Below the pieces are notes generated by a model. It made no database searches. It was not told the DNA's origin and saw only the letters and a program-made list of their open reading frames with translations. DNA of 64,000 bases from Euprymna scolopes (lineage: Eukaryota). Made by a program: the position numbers and the translations under genes. This document shows positions 14,101 through 28,047 of the stretch, in pieces (positions within the stretch are counted from its first letter, which is position 1; each line of letters opens with the position of its first letter). The stretch lies in the NCBI GenBank assembly GCA_053919585.1, contig CM132785.1, one strand, 5' to 3'.

Positions 14101-14309
14101 CACAAAACAGCCAAGGACTCTCCAGCCCATAGAGAATATCTGAACAAACTCCAACCTACACGCTTTCGAATTTACCTCTCTTCTACACTCTAAGTAATAG
14201 CCGACTACAGAACAAAGAGCTTTTGAAATCGGCTAAGAAATTTGAAAAAAAATGCACAGCAGTAAAGAGAAGTTCCCACTAACCCCCAAAAATCTAATTC
14301 TCTTTTCTT

Positions 14310-17300
14310 TGTAGTCATTTTAATCGGTTTGTTAACATTTAAATTAATTACTTAAACTTTAGTGAAACCATGGTAATGTTGAATAAAAAGTTATTTCTCG
14401 CTGTATAGTTTTTTGCAGATCCTTCTATAGAAAAACACTTGTAAATGATTTATATCCGATAATAATAATATAATAATAATATATTGATTAAAACGACAAT
14501 AGTACAATACTTATTTATAGTTTTATCTCGTTTACTCAGCCAACTGAAATTCTTTTAATTAATTTGAATATCTGGAAATACATTTTTTGACCAATTCCTT
14601 TTCTGATATAACTAAATTAGAGAAGTTACGAAGCAATGAAATTCACTCTGAAATAAGTTTTCCGTTTCCAGTTTCCAACATGTGTAAATATGTTTGCTGA
14701 TCGACCATTTTGCAACTGGACACAAATATTTAATTTTAAATTTAATGTCGGTACATGTCTCTAAAAGTAAAGTATTTAGAAAAAACAATTATTTTAGCTA
14801 GTGAGTGGATCGAGAAATTCCATGTAATGATTTCCTGAAATCTACAATATGTGCAACAACATTCTGCATCGGAAAACTAATCCCATGCAAAATCTTGCAA
14901 TGCTCGGTCGAGGGCCTTTACTCATTTTAAATTACTTTGCATTTCTGCAATACTTTTCCCATGTGAGATGTTTTAGAATTGTTGCGCACTGGATTTGCAG
15001 TAAATTGCATGTTTAATGCTAATTTAGAAGCAGAAGGAGCAGTAGTTTCACCTTGTATCTTGCAATTATTCCGGATGATGCAAGAGCTAAGGCTATATCA
15101 GTTTGTGATCGAATGGCTAATAATATTAATTTAGAAATATTCTACCAGTTCCTACTGGCGTATTAAAAGATGTCTCCATTATTGACTGTTTGCATAATTT
15201 AGTTGTCAATGTCTGTTTGCTCCCGTGTTTAGTTGTCAATGTCTATTTGCTCCAGTGTTTAGTTGTCAATGTATATTTGCTCCAGTGTTTAGTTGTCAAT
15301 GTCTATTTGCTTCAGTGTTTAGTTGTCAATGTCTATTTGCTCCAGTGTTTAGTTGTCAATGTCTATTTGCTCCAGTGTTAGCTTATGCATATTTTATTGT
15401 CCGTACAACATAAGATTACCCGAGTAGTAATTTTGTTCACGACGCAATTCTACAACTAACAAAGTAGCAGTGGCTCAATTTGGTGACGTCATTCACAATT
15501 CATTTGAACTTTCTCTAAGCACAAGATTTCAATCATTATTAATGGTTTATTATATCTTTCTGTTTAAAAATACAAGCAGGTATTGACACTTGAGGATTCG
15601 ATGAAATATATCTTCAGCTATGTATAATTTATATTTCTCTCTTAACTCTGTTGGAGATAAAGAAGAGCAAATGATCAATATGATACTAAACAATACACGA
15701 ATTTTAGTATGATGTAATGTGTTGCACGCATTATTAATTCACACATCGTTATGTCCATCATTGTCCAATAAATCTAAAGTCGATCAAATACTGTGAAAAG
15801 GTGCACGTTTAACTCCATTGAAAAATTGCTTAAAAGACGTTGGATGAGGGATGCAAGCAGCATGCAAGTAAAAGGCATCCATACTGATTAGAATGGACAG
15901 TGTACAGTCTGCCTATTCTGATTTTTTGGATTATGCTGTTGTCCTTCGTTAGCGTTGTTCAAATGAATTTCTACTTGTATTACATGTACAATACGAAGAT
16001 ACTTTCGAATAGAGCAGTGATTTTTTTCAAATGCGTCAGTTTGAGGTAACGTGAAAAAAAGACGTTAATATTGTAGCCGGCGGATGTAGAGTTATTTGTT
16101 GCACATTTGGAGTTGTAAAGTAAATCTACTTGTAAGTAAAAAATAGCCAGATATCTTTCATATATGGGAAATGAAAAAGTAGCCATATCGCTTCGTTGCT
16201 ACTTATGTATCTTCCAGATTCATATTGTGCGATTTTATCGATATGTATAACAGTATTCTTATAATTTTATTAGGTTTGCAAGCCAAAACCTTGCTATATT
16301 CAAAACCGTTATTCATGTAGTTAAGTTGAAAGACAACATAGCATATTTAAAGATACCACAATAAGTAGACTGCACACTATTATTCCCAATCTAGATGAAT
16401 GCTTTTTTCTATTGAATGCTGTTGGGAAATATCTTTGATCCAACATCTTTTCCACAATTGGAAATTATGACTTTTCGCAGTATTTGATCGACTAAACTGA
16501 ATACAGTATTCCAGTTATGTGCGATTTGTAGGCTTTTGATAGCAAAGGCGAATATCGGTTATCGACTTCAATGTCACCATTTCGCATGTGTATGGCTTCT
16601 AATTTACCGCAATTTTCTACTGATTTTTTTTTCTGTATCAAATCACTTAGAATATTTTCACCTATCATGTGTGTTTGGATTCAACATGCCATTTCCTATT
16701 TATTTTCTAACTGGATTTATTATAATATTGAAGTGATATCCATCGGCACCATCCCACACATGATTTAATATTGCATGGTATCATAGCATCGTTGAGTTTC
16801 TGCAAATTTTTGTCAATTGATCATTTTTCCTATGTTAAAACTGATCTCCGACTATAAACATTTGCGCTTCATTTATAGTTGTAGCATTGAATCTCCATAG
16901 TGTTCTCCAGCATGCACTTTGTCAGCATGAATCTTGTGAGTATCTGATAGCATAATTTCAATTGCTGTTTTTAATAAATGCACTACATTGTTTTTATCTT
17001 GAATCTGCTCTTGCAGTTGGCAAACGCTTGTCCTTTTATAGTGCACGAAATTCCACGTTGTGCATTTAGTTAAGCTTTGCTATCACCAATGAAATACATT
17101 TGTAGAAATTTATGTTGTTCCTCTAGGAACGGAAGCAGAGATCAGACTTTATGGTATATTTATCATTTCATATTCAACGTTGGTATGGATTATAATTTCT
17201 ACAGTGAACGCCGACATTTGAAAGCATGAGTTGGATTTTCTGATGCTAGAAAAAACTATCTTCATTCAGCAGTATTAGTTCTTGTGGTTTTTCAAGCAAT

Positions 17301-18785
17301 TTAATTTTTCCGGCGGCACAGTTGTTGTTTCTTTAGTAAAGTTCAGAGCCTGCAAAAGTGACACACTTTAGATATAGTGCCAATGAAACTACAATCATCA
17401 GCAACGTTTTACCGAATGCAGGACGATCCCAATTCCATGATAATTGAGGATAAAGTTCTGTTTGACGTTGATTTCCTGTTTCCCGTTGCCATCTTTCAGC
17501 AACTCGCAACTTGTTGTGTTCATTTTGCAGAGAACGAAGCAGATTAAAAGATGCAAAACGTGATTGTGTACCCGCAATCGTGCATCGTCAAGTCTGGCCG
17601 TAGGTCGCTCTGTTGCTTCATTGACATGTATTTGAATCGTTCTTTATTTTCTATGCTTGTTCGCTGATGTTCGTTGTTCCTGACTTTGACTGGCATCTTC
17701 TCGTCACACTTCTTCCGCTTTGCGAGTCCGATAACCTAACTTAAATCTTCTGTTTCACTAAGAGAAATACAACGAAAATGAAAACTTAAATTACAAAAGA
17801 GAAAAATGTGGGGTTTGGATTTTATGTTGAAAATGTATGTGTACACCCTCTAAAATGTTAAATTAATAAATGTTACCGTTTTTTATGCTGGCAGTTTAAA
17901 ATCGATAAAAAAAATTTTTTTAAGAACGTCTGTCGTTTAAGTTCACCAAGAAATCAGGCTACAAAACTGGAGTCCAAGAGATAAGCCTCTCCCATAATAT
18001 TTGTAAAAATAAGAATTAAAAAGCATTGATTATAAAGATGTATAAAAATTCGAACATCCCACCATTTAGTATTAACTTAATAAACTATGCCGGTTTTTAT
18101 ATGACAGATTAGTGCGAGAAACAAACATTCAACAAATATTTGTTACCTAGGAAATAAAATCTACTATTCTACCTACTTGAATGGATTGTATTTATGCTTT
18201 AAAGTATTTAGAAGCGCTTCTATGTATTCTCTTATCTAAAATTGCGAGTGTATGGGTGTAAAAAATCTCCAGCTTTTATAGAAAAAAAAACGCGAAATCA
18301 AAATTGTACCTGCTGGATTCCAAACAGAATTTCAAGATCTTTTGGAAAAAAAATTGCAACTCTGCTGTCGCGTTCATCAGGCGCGCCCATTATTTCAGAA
18401 AAATTACCTTAACAAAAATTATTTTTAATATTGTAATATATTTTAATAATGAAGTGTATAAAAACAGTTCACATTCAAGTAAAATACAATAGCAAAATCT
18501 CCAAATGGTAGACGAAGTAAATTTTAGAAAAGATATTTAAAGAAAAAAATAAGGAAAGAAAAACAAACCCTGAACGGAAAATTAAACTATCTGACAGTCG
18601 CGTTTATTATCGCTCAGTTATTTCCAAGAAAAATCGACTTAATTTTTTGTTAATATTGTAAAAGGCTTTGACAATAAGTTTATAAAAATGTGCTTATATT
18701 CGATTAAAATACCATAGCTAAATTTCAAAACGATCAGTGAAATAGTTTTTAGATAAACGAGCAGGCACACTTTTATTTATATAGA
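14310..18785 (-). mobile_element. Autonomous-type Helitron remnant (RepHel pseudogene, 3' truncated)
   Basis: 5' end A|TCTATATAAATAAAAG at 18785, with diverged subterminal repeats 18400-18760. N-terminal IGTISKVCHFC...CAAGKIKL. PIF1 helicase gives RREQNY...KLTLEQ...TVNNG...IRSQTDIALALASSGI...HMGKVLQKCKVI...ALDRALQD. Confidence 0.88.
15197..15380. repeat. 30-bp minisatellite, ~6 copies (tttagttgtcaatgtctatttgctccagtg)
   Basis: Directly visible tandem array; it accounts for spurious ORFs 15190..15381 and 15225..15413. Confidence 0.95.
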
Positions 18786-18831
18786 TTTCATATGGAGTTC
18801 TGACACTAATATCCCGCCAATCATGACATCA

Positions 18832-19668
18832 TGTGATTCTGTTTTACAGTCATTTTTACTGCCAAAGAATGCGCAATATTTAGTTAACGTAAATTGTATT
18901 ATATATTAGATTTGACGATATTATGAGATTGTGGCACAATGAAGAGCACCGTATTGAGGGGGGGCTTCTACATTAATAAACCTTTTACCTAACTTGTAAC
19001 TGACTGTGTTCGTGTGGAGGCGAGGAAGAAAGGCGTTATTATTAAAAAAATATGACGGCTTCAGTAACTATTGACTATCAGGTACGACTCGACCCAAGAG
19101 TGAGTGTTGTTTATAATATTCAACAAAGTCAAAACGATCTGAATTCAAAAGGTCAAACCCAAAAGAACTCGTCATCGAGTCACACAAAAACAAAACAATG
19201 TTCACGCGTTATGTATGAATCTCTCTCTCTCTCTCTTTCACTCCCTTTCTATCTCTTTCAATGAAGAAGGAGAGAACTGAATATGATTATATCGTTTTAA
19301 ACAGTTGAAGCTTGGATTCTCATACGCAACAGACGTAGATAGCAGTTTGTGCTGCATGCGTTGGGTTTCAATGTGTATGCACCGCCAGTGTTCAATGTTA
19401 AATAAATGATATATTTTTATAAAAATGTATTTATTGCTATTTTTGTACAGGCGTTCAATTTCATCACAAGGTCCCTGCCAGTAATGGGGACAATGAAAAT
19501 GCTCCCTGTAACGACGTAATTCTCACTCAAGAAGCGAGCCATGCCAGTCGGTTATAGCCGACGACATATCCACCCGCTGATGTTTCTATGTACGTTTGAT
19601 ATCGTGTCTAACACCCTCCGGAGCTTGTTTCCTCAACCAAGTAAATCTCCCCGGGAACGATAATACCA
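18832..19668 (+). mobile_element. Probable solo LTR related to the 11.7-12.1 kb LTR
   Basis: Shares tggcacaatgaaga and atcgtgtctaacac...gtttcctcaaccaagtaa blocks with 11696-12133. Begins tgtga, ends ...tacca, and no PBS follows. Confidence 0.6.
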
Positions 19669-22478
19669 TGAGCGTCGGACTTTATAAAGTTAATGCAAGC
19701 ATCATATTTTTATTATTTAATAATTGCAGTTCAACTCAAACATCGCGATTTCATTCTCGAGCCTTCTATCAAATCCTTCAATCTTCGATGAACTTCGAAC
19801 TGGGATTTATATTATTCTGATGATCTATGTTTAATTTTCCGAGACATTAGCCCCCCCCCCTCGTCAAAGCTATCTAAATAATAAAGAGTTTGTATTGAAG
19901 CAAACGTTGTGTACTTCGTAACCACTAAAATTATCATTATTTATTTTATAACCAGTAGAACGGAGAAATCCAAGACGACCAGAAGTAACACTGCGATAAC
20001 CGGAGTGAATGTCAGTTTTATCTCGAAGTTTTCCGTATCCTATATTAGCTGCTTTACGAAATATTAAAATTCTAGTGCCTACTGTTTTCAACTGATTACT
20101 ATATATACGAGTTAGGCTCATACATTCATACAAGATTCTAATATTTTTGTGCTGCTAACTCTTGCACATATAACTACTGATCAAATATAAAATAGTTTAC
20201 GTTTAGTGATTTAATTAGAAACTATTCCAACGTGATATAATATCCCAAGTATTTTGATTTATTTTACGTACATACTCTCTTGGTATTTTGTTTAAAATTA
20301 ATCTGTATTTTGATGAACTGTAAAAGATTGAACTTATGATTATCGATACGCTTACTTAAGCGTTCAAGTATCACCATTTGCAAATGATTGCATATATTAC
20401 AATAACGGTAATGTGTTTAAATATGATCATTCATGAACTAATGATCATGATTTATTAATAGTTATATAACAGATACCATACAAAATATGATTTTCCCATT
20501 TGTTCAGTGTCAGACTAGCGTAATTGTGAATGCGGCGTTTTTCTTGCGCCTTCTAGAACCTTTTTCATAATTTCCTTAAGACTTAATCAAAAGTTTAAAT
20601 TGTATCTGTTGTAAATCTCTCATATACAACTCTTTAGAATAGCAGTTATATTGTTTGTTAACAGAAAAAAAGTTATTGTTTGGAGTAAATTTTTACAAAT
20701 GCAGACATCACCGCAGGTATTACACCTCACTCATAGTACCTGATTTAAAAAAGAACGAGAAAAACAGAATAGATCACGTTACAAAATCTAGAAATCGACA
20801 TTAAAGTTTTGTTTTGCTTATATTATGTCTGACATTGTTTAGATTTTGACGCGAACACACACACACACACACATAAATATAAATAATATATCCAATAGTT
20901 TTTCCTTTTGATTTTGCTTGATTTTATTTCGAATGGTCTCACACTGAAATGTGCAATTACTCTTTGCGCTACGCAGATCTGTCGTGCACTGTTTCCTAAT
21001 AAAGTGTTCAAGTAAGACTTTCCTTTTGTGTAGTAAATTGTAAATCTGCCATTTTGCGCTTTAATCAAAAATTTTACACTGTTGACTAAAGGACTTCGTG
21101 AATAGCTAACAAAAAAGCTTATTAAGTAAGCAATCTAAGTAAATAAAATCAGGCTCATATTTAATATTTAATATATAATTGAACTAATTCTTCGATAAAT
21201 ATTTGCATTAATTAAATTTACATTCAGTTATAACACCAGTATAAATACATGTGGACATAAATTAATGTTAATTTGATTCGATGCTATCAAAGCTGCTTTG
21301 TCAAGAACAAAAATGCTAGAATAGACACATTTTTAAACTTTAGTTAATTCTCTAAACTTTTACTACAAGCACATCATTAGGCGCGCGTGTCTGCATGCAT
21401 TTCTTTTTAAATTATTAAAAGGAACTCATACTATAGTTATTTAATAGTTTAGGACACTTTAAAAGTAAAAATGACACCGAAAGTGAAGTAATTCATTAAG
21501 AACCAGTGGTTGTAACTAAATTGAGACAGATGATCCTCTTTTAGAGCTGAAACGTGGATTTTAATAAAAAGGGACAATTTTGAGAAACACCCCGAGAAGA
21601 ATTTGACAATCTCTTAATAACTGAGTGTATTTTCTTATACATGTGTACACATTTGCGTGTTTATGTATTCTTTTTCTTATCAAATTCTGAATGATCTTTC
21701 ACATCCACATCCATGTTTGATGCTTGATCAATGGATCATTTAGACAAACATTTGTTAAACGGTTCTAATATATAAAAATATGCGATAAAGCTGCATGACA
21801 TTTGTGTAGATTATGACAATTGCTTCGAATATCTGATTAAAGGTGAGAATGGCTCAATTGTTTTAAAGTTGTGTTTTTAGAAAAACGTTTATGTTTTTAA
21901 TATAATTTCCAGCAGTCAGTTTCGCTTGTTCATCACGAAAAAGGGGCATTTAAAAATATTTTTTGCCAGTGTTTTTGTGAATATTTACATTTTTGCTTCA
22001 TTTTAGTTTAATCGAAGTTCTCAAATATCAAGGGCCCCTTCCTGGGGCGAACACTTGATCTCTATATGAGATGCACAGAGATTCGAGTTTTCCATTAAAG
22101 TTCTCTTTTACCTTTCAAATGTTCAGTTAGAAAGTAATGAAGAACATTCATTTCCTTTTCTCAATTGACCATTGTAATGTAATGTTATAGAATGCCTTTC
22201 CTGTACTCTCTTGGTTTTACTAGATTTCAGGAATTAATGTTGTCTGATGGAGTATTCATCTTCGTGATGTTACTTGCGGCAACATCACTTGGAGAAGGTG
22301 AACCAATGCTCTTGTAAGCTACATTTGATTAGCCAAAGCGAATATATATTATTTAGTTTAACAATATGCGATTTTGAACATTTAGTTACAGTTAACATTT
22401 AGGGAAAAATATCCTCATGCCAGGTTTTCCTGACAAACCCCTGTACAGAGAGATCTGAGAGACTCGTGGATACTGTTT

Positions 22479-22560
22479 AGTAGGCATTCAAGATCTCTCT
22501 AGTAGGCATTCAAGATCTCTCCAGTAGGCATTCAAGATCTTTCCAGTAGATATTCAAATA
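22479..22560. repeat. 22-bp tandem repeat, ~3.7 copies (agtaggcattcaagatctctcc)
   Basis: Units start at 22479, 22501, 22523 and 22545. Confidence 0.9.
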
Positions 22561-22706
22561 CTCTTTTGTAGACATTGTATTTTCTGTAAGTGTTTTGTGT
22601 AAATATAATTAAATAATGAATTATGTCTATCTACTAATCTGTCTTTCGTGCAAGTATGCAAATATTGTATGTGAGGAAATCAATATTTGATACATGTGTA
22701 TATTTT

Positions 22707-22765
<59 letters not shown>

Positions 22766-22937
22766 CAGGCTCCTTCAGTCTTGGGCAGACTATGGATACA
22801 CATGAAGGGTTGCTTGCACGTGATATGTTTGTGACAGGAGGTGCGCAATCTCCAACCACACTTCTCCTAAGACGACATTGTTAAATACAAGTGGCAAGTG
22901 AAGTACAGGACGCCTGGAACCAAATGCCGAGATAAGC

Positions 22938-23032
22938 GCATACAGCGCCTAGAATTCCCAAATGGTCACTCATCTGATACTAACCAGGCTCAACGTTGCT
23001 TAACTGCGGTGATCTGACGAGAGCCGGTGTGT
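22938..23032 (-). pseudogene. 5S rRNA-derived sequence (pseudogene or SINE3 head), 5' part in gap
   Basis: Minus strand acaccggctctcgtcagatcaccgcagttaagcaacgttgagcctggttagtatcagatgagtgaccatttgggaattctaggcgctgta matches eukaryotic 5S rRNA (box A agttaagc, degenerate box C) with several substitutions. Confidence 0.85.
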
Positions 23033-23295
23033 NNNNNNNNNNNNNNNNNNNNNNNNNNNNNNNNNNNNNNNNNNNNNNNNNNNNNNNNNNNNNNNNNNNN
23101 NNNNNNNNNNNNNNNNNNNNNNNNNNNNNNNNNNNNNNNNNNNNNNNNNNNNNNNNNNNNNNNNNNNNNNNNNNNNNNNNNNNNNNNNNNNNNNNNNNNN
23201 NNNNNNNNNNNNNNNNNNNNNNNNNNNNNNNNNNNNNNNNNNNNNNNNNCTAATCTGTTAATTTTTCAGTCTGCAGACTCGAGATTTGACATAAT

Positions 23296-23364
<69 letters not shown>

Positions 23365-24845
23365 TGTAGCTACTTTTACTAATAATCTGGCGAAAAGTGT
23401 TTATTTCACTCTATCCAGGGGGTAAAAAGCTAAGTACATGAGATTTTCAAGTATCACTAGTTTAGAAAACCGAAAATCTTGTTCTTCTTATCCGTTGATA
23501 CTGTACTCAAGAAATGGCGAAAGGTTCAGTTGGGGATCAACACACTGACTTCACAATAAAATCGCAAATTTAAGTATTCTTACAGGGTCTAGTAACAGAA
23601 AGGAAACCTATCCATATGCGTATTGTTTATGCGTTTGTGCCTATTTTTGTATGTGCAACTGAATTTTGTGCAAATGTATATAGACGCTTTCTGTGTGTAT
23701 GAAAGTATGTGTTTGCCGCATGTGTTTATGTATGTGCGTGCGTTATAGTGACACTCAGTTTTGCATGAAACATTTGTGTCGGTGTTTGTAGGAGTGGCTT
23801 TACCGCCCGCTTTTCTTCCGTTCTCTCTGTCCTCAAATCAAACCTACACTGCCGCTGCCATCTCAATCCCGTCGTTTGTTGCCTACGCGCTTACTAGGTA
23901 ATGACAGTGTTGCTATTCAGCCTTTAGAGCTTCACAGCTCTTCACTGATCTAATAACGGCTTAAAAACAGACTGATTATAGAGCCACCGATCGGCACTCG
24001 ACCCCTAACCACTTTCTTCTTTTGCAACCCATACCTGTCTCTTACAATCTTCACCTCACAGGGGCAACCTCGACGTCTGTTTACAATTCAACTGTTCTTA
24101 TTTATAACTGAAAGGGGCGTGGCTTTGATCAACCAACCTAGTCATTTACAAAATTGTTAAAAAATAAATGAAAACAAAACAAAAAACAGCCATGTAAAAA
24201 ATAAAATAAATCATTTCTCTCCGATTCTGTATAGAGAAGAAAAAAGGAAGATCAACCAGGCGTTACTTTTCGTCATCTTTTATAATTCTTGCTGCTTTTT
24301 TTCTTTGAAGCAGGAATCGTTAACGTTTGGTGCGAGAAAAAAAGAAAAGATAAATAGAATAATAATTGTCTCGAGAAATAAAGAGGCAATAAAGACAATT
24401 GACCAGTAAATAAATATAAATAAACGTATAAAATATAAATAAACGAGTTACAAATAAAAGGTTAAGAACATGCGCTTGTCAAAAATGAATTAAACCCAAC
24501 TAAATGAAAAAAAAAACTTAATTAGAAAGAAAAGATAGATCAAAAGAATATATAAAAATACTTAAATAAAAACACCAGCTTATCCATGAATGTTTAATAT
24601 TTAAACATTTTTACAATATATATATGGGATATATTTTTATTTCAAATTGTGGGAATTTTTGCGAATACATTTCACTTAATAATAATTTACGAAATCCACA
24701 ATTAGTTTAAATTTACAGCCAAACACAATTGTTTATGACAGGATAAAATCTAATTGTAGTTAGAAGTTGATATTGAAGTATTTGTTGTATTTGTATTCTT
24801 GAACAAAAATGCTACATATGTATCGACCGGTCTTAAGATATTGTA

Positions 24846-25153
24846 AAGTTATGAATCACATATATATAATCAAGCAATTTTGTATGTGAAGTTATGAATC
24901 AACTATATATAATCAAGCAATTTTGTATGTGAAGTTATGAATCAACTATATAGAATCAAGCAATTTTGTATGTGAAGTTATGAATCAATTATATATAATC
25001 AAGCAATTTTGTATGTGAAGTTATGAATCAACTATATATAATCAAGCAATTTTGTATGTGAAGTTATGAATCAACTATATATAATCAAACAATTTTGTAT
25101 GTGAAGTTATGAATCAACTATATATAATCAAGCAATTTTGTATGTGAAGTTAT
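24846..25153. repeat. 43-bp minisatellite, ~7 near-identical copies
   Basis: Unit gaagttatgaatcaactatatataatcaagcaattttgtatgt; period 43 (gttatg at 24848, 24891, 24934...). Confidence 0.95.
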
Positions 25154-26336
25154 TACCATTTACCTCTTTTTCAAAAAATGAGATCGTCCGATTGTCGAAT
25201 GTACAATGAAAAAAAAATGCTTTATATCCTATTTCACTGTTGTGGTTAACATGCAACTAGAATTTAAGTACACTTTTTGACTTTCAGGGAATTATCGAAA
25301 TGCTGTATCTTTTTCGTCCATAATAATTTAATATTGTGGGATTTTGTCCTCCTGCCAGACACACAGTGGATAAATATACGCCACAAATTCCTACACATTT
25401 TCTATAACGAGATATATTCATAAACTAAATGAACCAGGCTACGTAGATGAATATGTTTCAGTTTAAATAAAGGTGCTAACAATAATATGCATTCTTATGA
25501 CATTCATAGAATGGAAATATGTCACAAACAAAATTACTAAGATTTTTGTGAAAGACTCCCACACTGAAATGCATTCTAATGCCACATTAACCAGAATATT
25601 TAGATAAGCGTGAGTTATGCCAAACACCGTTTGCACTATGATATTGTGGGGTAAGAATATACAATAAATGAAAGATTTAATCGTGAAATTTCCACGACTC
25701 TGATCAGTTTCATATTAAATGAATTGATTTAGTTTTTTAAAAGAGTAAAAAAAGAAAACTGATTGCAAATTTATTGAATGAGTAGACCATTAATTTTCAA
25801 TTAATAAAAAAAAAACAAATAAAAAAACAGAAAAACAGTTTGTTTGAACTCGGAAGATCAAGCTATGCAATGAATGGTTTTATTCGAACTCACAATTGCA
25901 TTGGCTTCCGGTGGAGTTGTTTTAAGTAGACATTTTGTATGTGTATATATTATTGTATGTATGTGGATATCTGTATGTTTGTTTTGTATGTACTTTTTAT
26001 TTTTAGTTACGCGTGCACGATTTCAGCAGGTTTCAATATATTGCCTTTTACATATTCTTCTTTTCTTTGTTTCTTATTAATATGACTGGGAACGAGCAGA
26101 AAAGTACTATATACGTTAGTTACTACTCCTGTTAATATTTGTATATTTTTGCATTTTAATCAATATAAACCCGTTTATAATACAGCTAATACTACNNNNN
26201 NNNNNNNNNNNNNNNNNNNNNNNNNNNNNNNNNNNNNNNNNNNNNNNNNNNNNNNNNNNNNNNNNNNNNNNNNNNNNNNNNNNNNNNNNNNNNNNNNNNN
26301 NNNNNNNNNNNNNNNNNNNNNNNNNNNNNNNNNNNN

Positions 26337-26845
26337 TCAACAGGCACACCACACCAAATAATGAAAGTCAGGAGAAGGCGAAGACCGAGGAGAGAAGCAC
26401 TAGCTTGACCTCCGCTGGAGATGTGCAAAGAAGACTGGTACCTTGAGGAGGCTTATTGTCACCCAAATTTCAGTGAAGACCAATGGTCGCTGCCAACGAG
26501 AAATCAATGGTAAGCGGCTGTTGTGATAATGCAAAATATTTTGCAAAGGTTATCGAAAGAGGTGGAGAATACTGGAAATCTGGGGGAACTCCGGGGAACA
26601 CCACAAATTGTTCTCAAAGAACAATATGTGATGATGGCTTGTGTGAATACTCCTAATAATCGGATGAATTCTAGATAATTTTAAGAAATCAGTTCTGCTT
26701 GGCACAGAAAACATCATACGCCAGATGCTTTCCATCTAATTGACTCTTCGACTATACTCATTAGCTTTGGTGTAAAGGCTCACACTTGAGTGAAAAAAGA
26801 CCGGTGTAAAACATCACAACACTGTGCAGTTAAGGGACGTACAAA

Positions 26846-26927
<82 letters not shown>

Positions 26928-27090
26928 TAATGATAAGAGGCTGGTGCGATCATGCAACTTCATCTGCAAAGGTTATTTAAAATGTTGGAGAGTACTGGAA
27001 ATCTGAGAGGACTTGTTGTCACTCAGACTTCAAATAACACAAGTTGTCCTCAAAGAGAGATAATGGCTTATGTGAATACTCCTGGTGAGT
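26337..27090 (+). mobile_element. Two related non-LTR retroelement 3'-end/SINE-like fragments separated by (CTA)n(ATA)n
   Basis: 26540-26655 and 26965-27085 share tgcaaaggttat...ggaga.tactggaaatctg...atggctt.tgtgaatactcct. A trinucleotide tail lies at 26846-26927. Confidence 0.45.
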
Positions 27091-27976
27091 AACTAATATC
27101 AGATTGCATTAAATAATCGCTCAACTGCCGTAAAATTACGGAAGCGTTGTTCATAAAAATGATGCTTTACTTGAACACCCTAAAAATTACGCATTGAGCA
27201 GATTTCCCTCACTTCAAACAGGATGTGACATATATTACACACAAGTACAGATTAAAATATAAGCATTTAACATATTTAACAATTGTTTCCTGTTTTACTT
27301 CCAATTATTAAATGTTTTCATAATATGTAGAATCCGTTTTACGTTTGCGTAATTACTAATTTGGAAGGAGTATTTAACATTTAGAGCCATTTATTTTCTA
27401 TTAAAAAACAAGTGTACACCCTCCGTTAAACATTAGGCTAAAAACAAAAGTTATGTTTCGCCAATGCTAGCACATAGTATTTATATAGATATATCAATGA
27501 AAAATATCAATAATACAATTATGCCAGTAATCTAATCTTTCATATATGAATTATTATGTTTATTATTTCTGATTATATTAAGCATTTTTAATGAGTATTT
27601 TTATTTGAGAGCGGAGAGTTTAATTTAGCAATTCATTTCAGGCTGCAAGTGCAAGTCTAGGTTATCGTCTAACTGGCCATTTGCTTTCTCACTTTTTGTC
27701 GCCTTTTGAAATGTGTTTTGTTTGGCAGATATATGCATATATGAATATATGAATGTATATCTGCCCATCAAGTTCTTATTAATGCAGGTCAGATTAAAGA
27801 CAAAGGAATTTTCTCATTTAGTATTTTTTTCATTACTGTCTTGGCTCTGTGAGTAAGTTTTCCGGTCGTAGATCAAAAAGTTCTTTCCGCGACCATCTCC
27901 AGAATTTTCTTTATTTAAACAAACATGTTTAAATAAAGAAAATGTTGCCTAAATCCACAAAAACAATACAAAGACA

Positions 27977-28013
<37 letters not shown>

Positions 28014-28016
28014 CTT

Positions 28017-28047
<31 letters not shown>

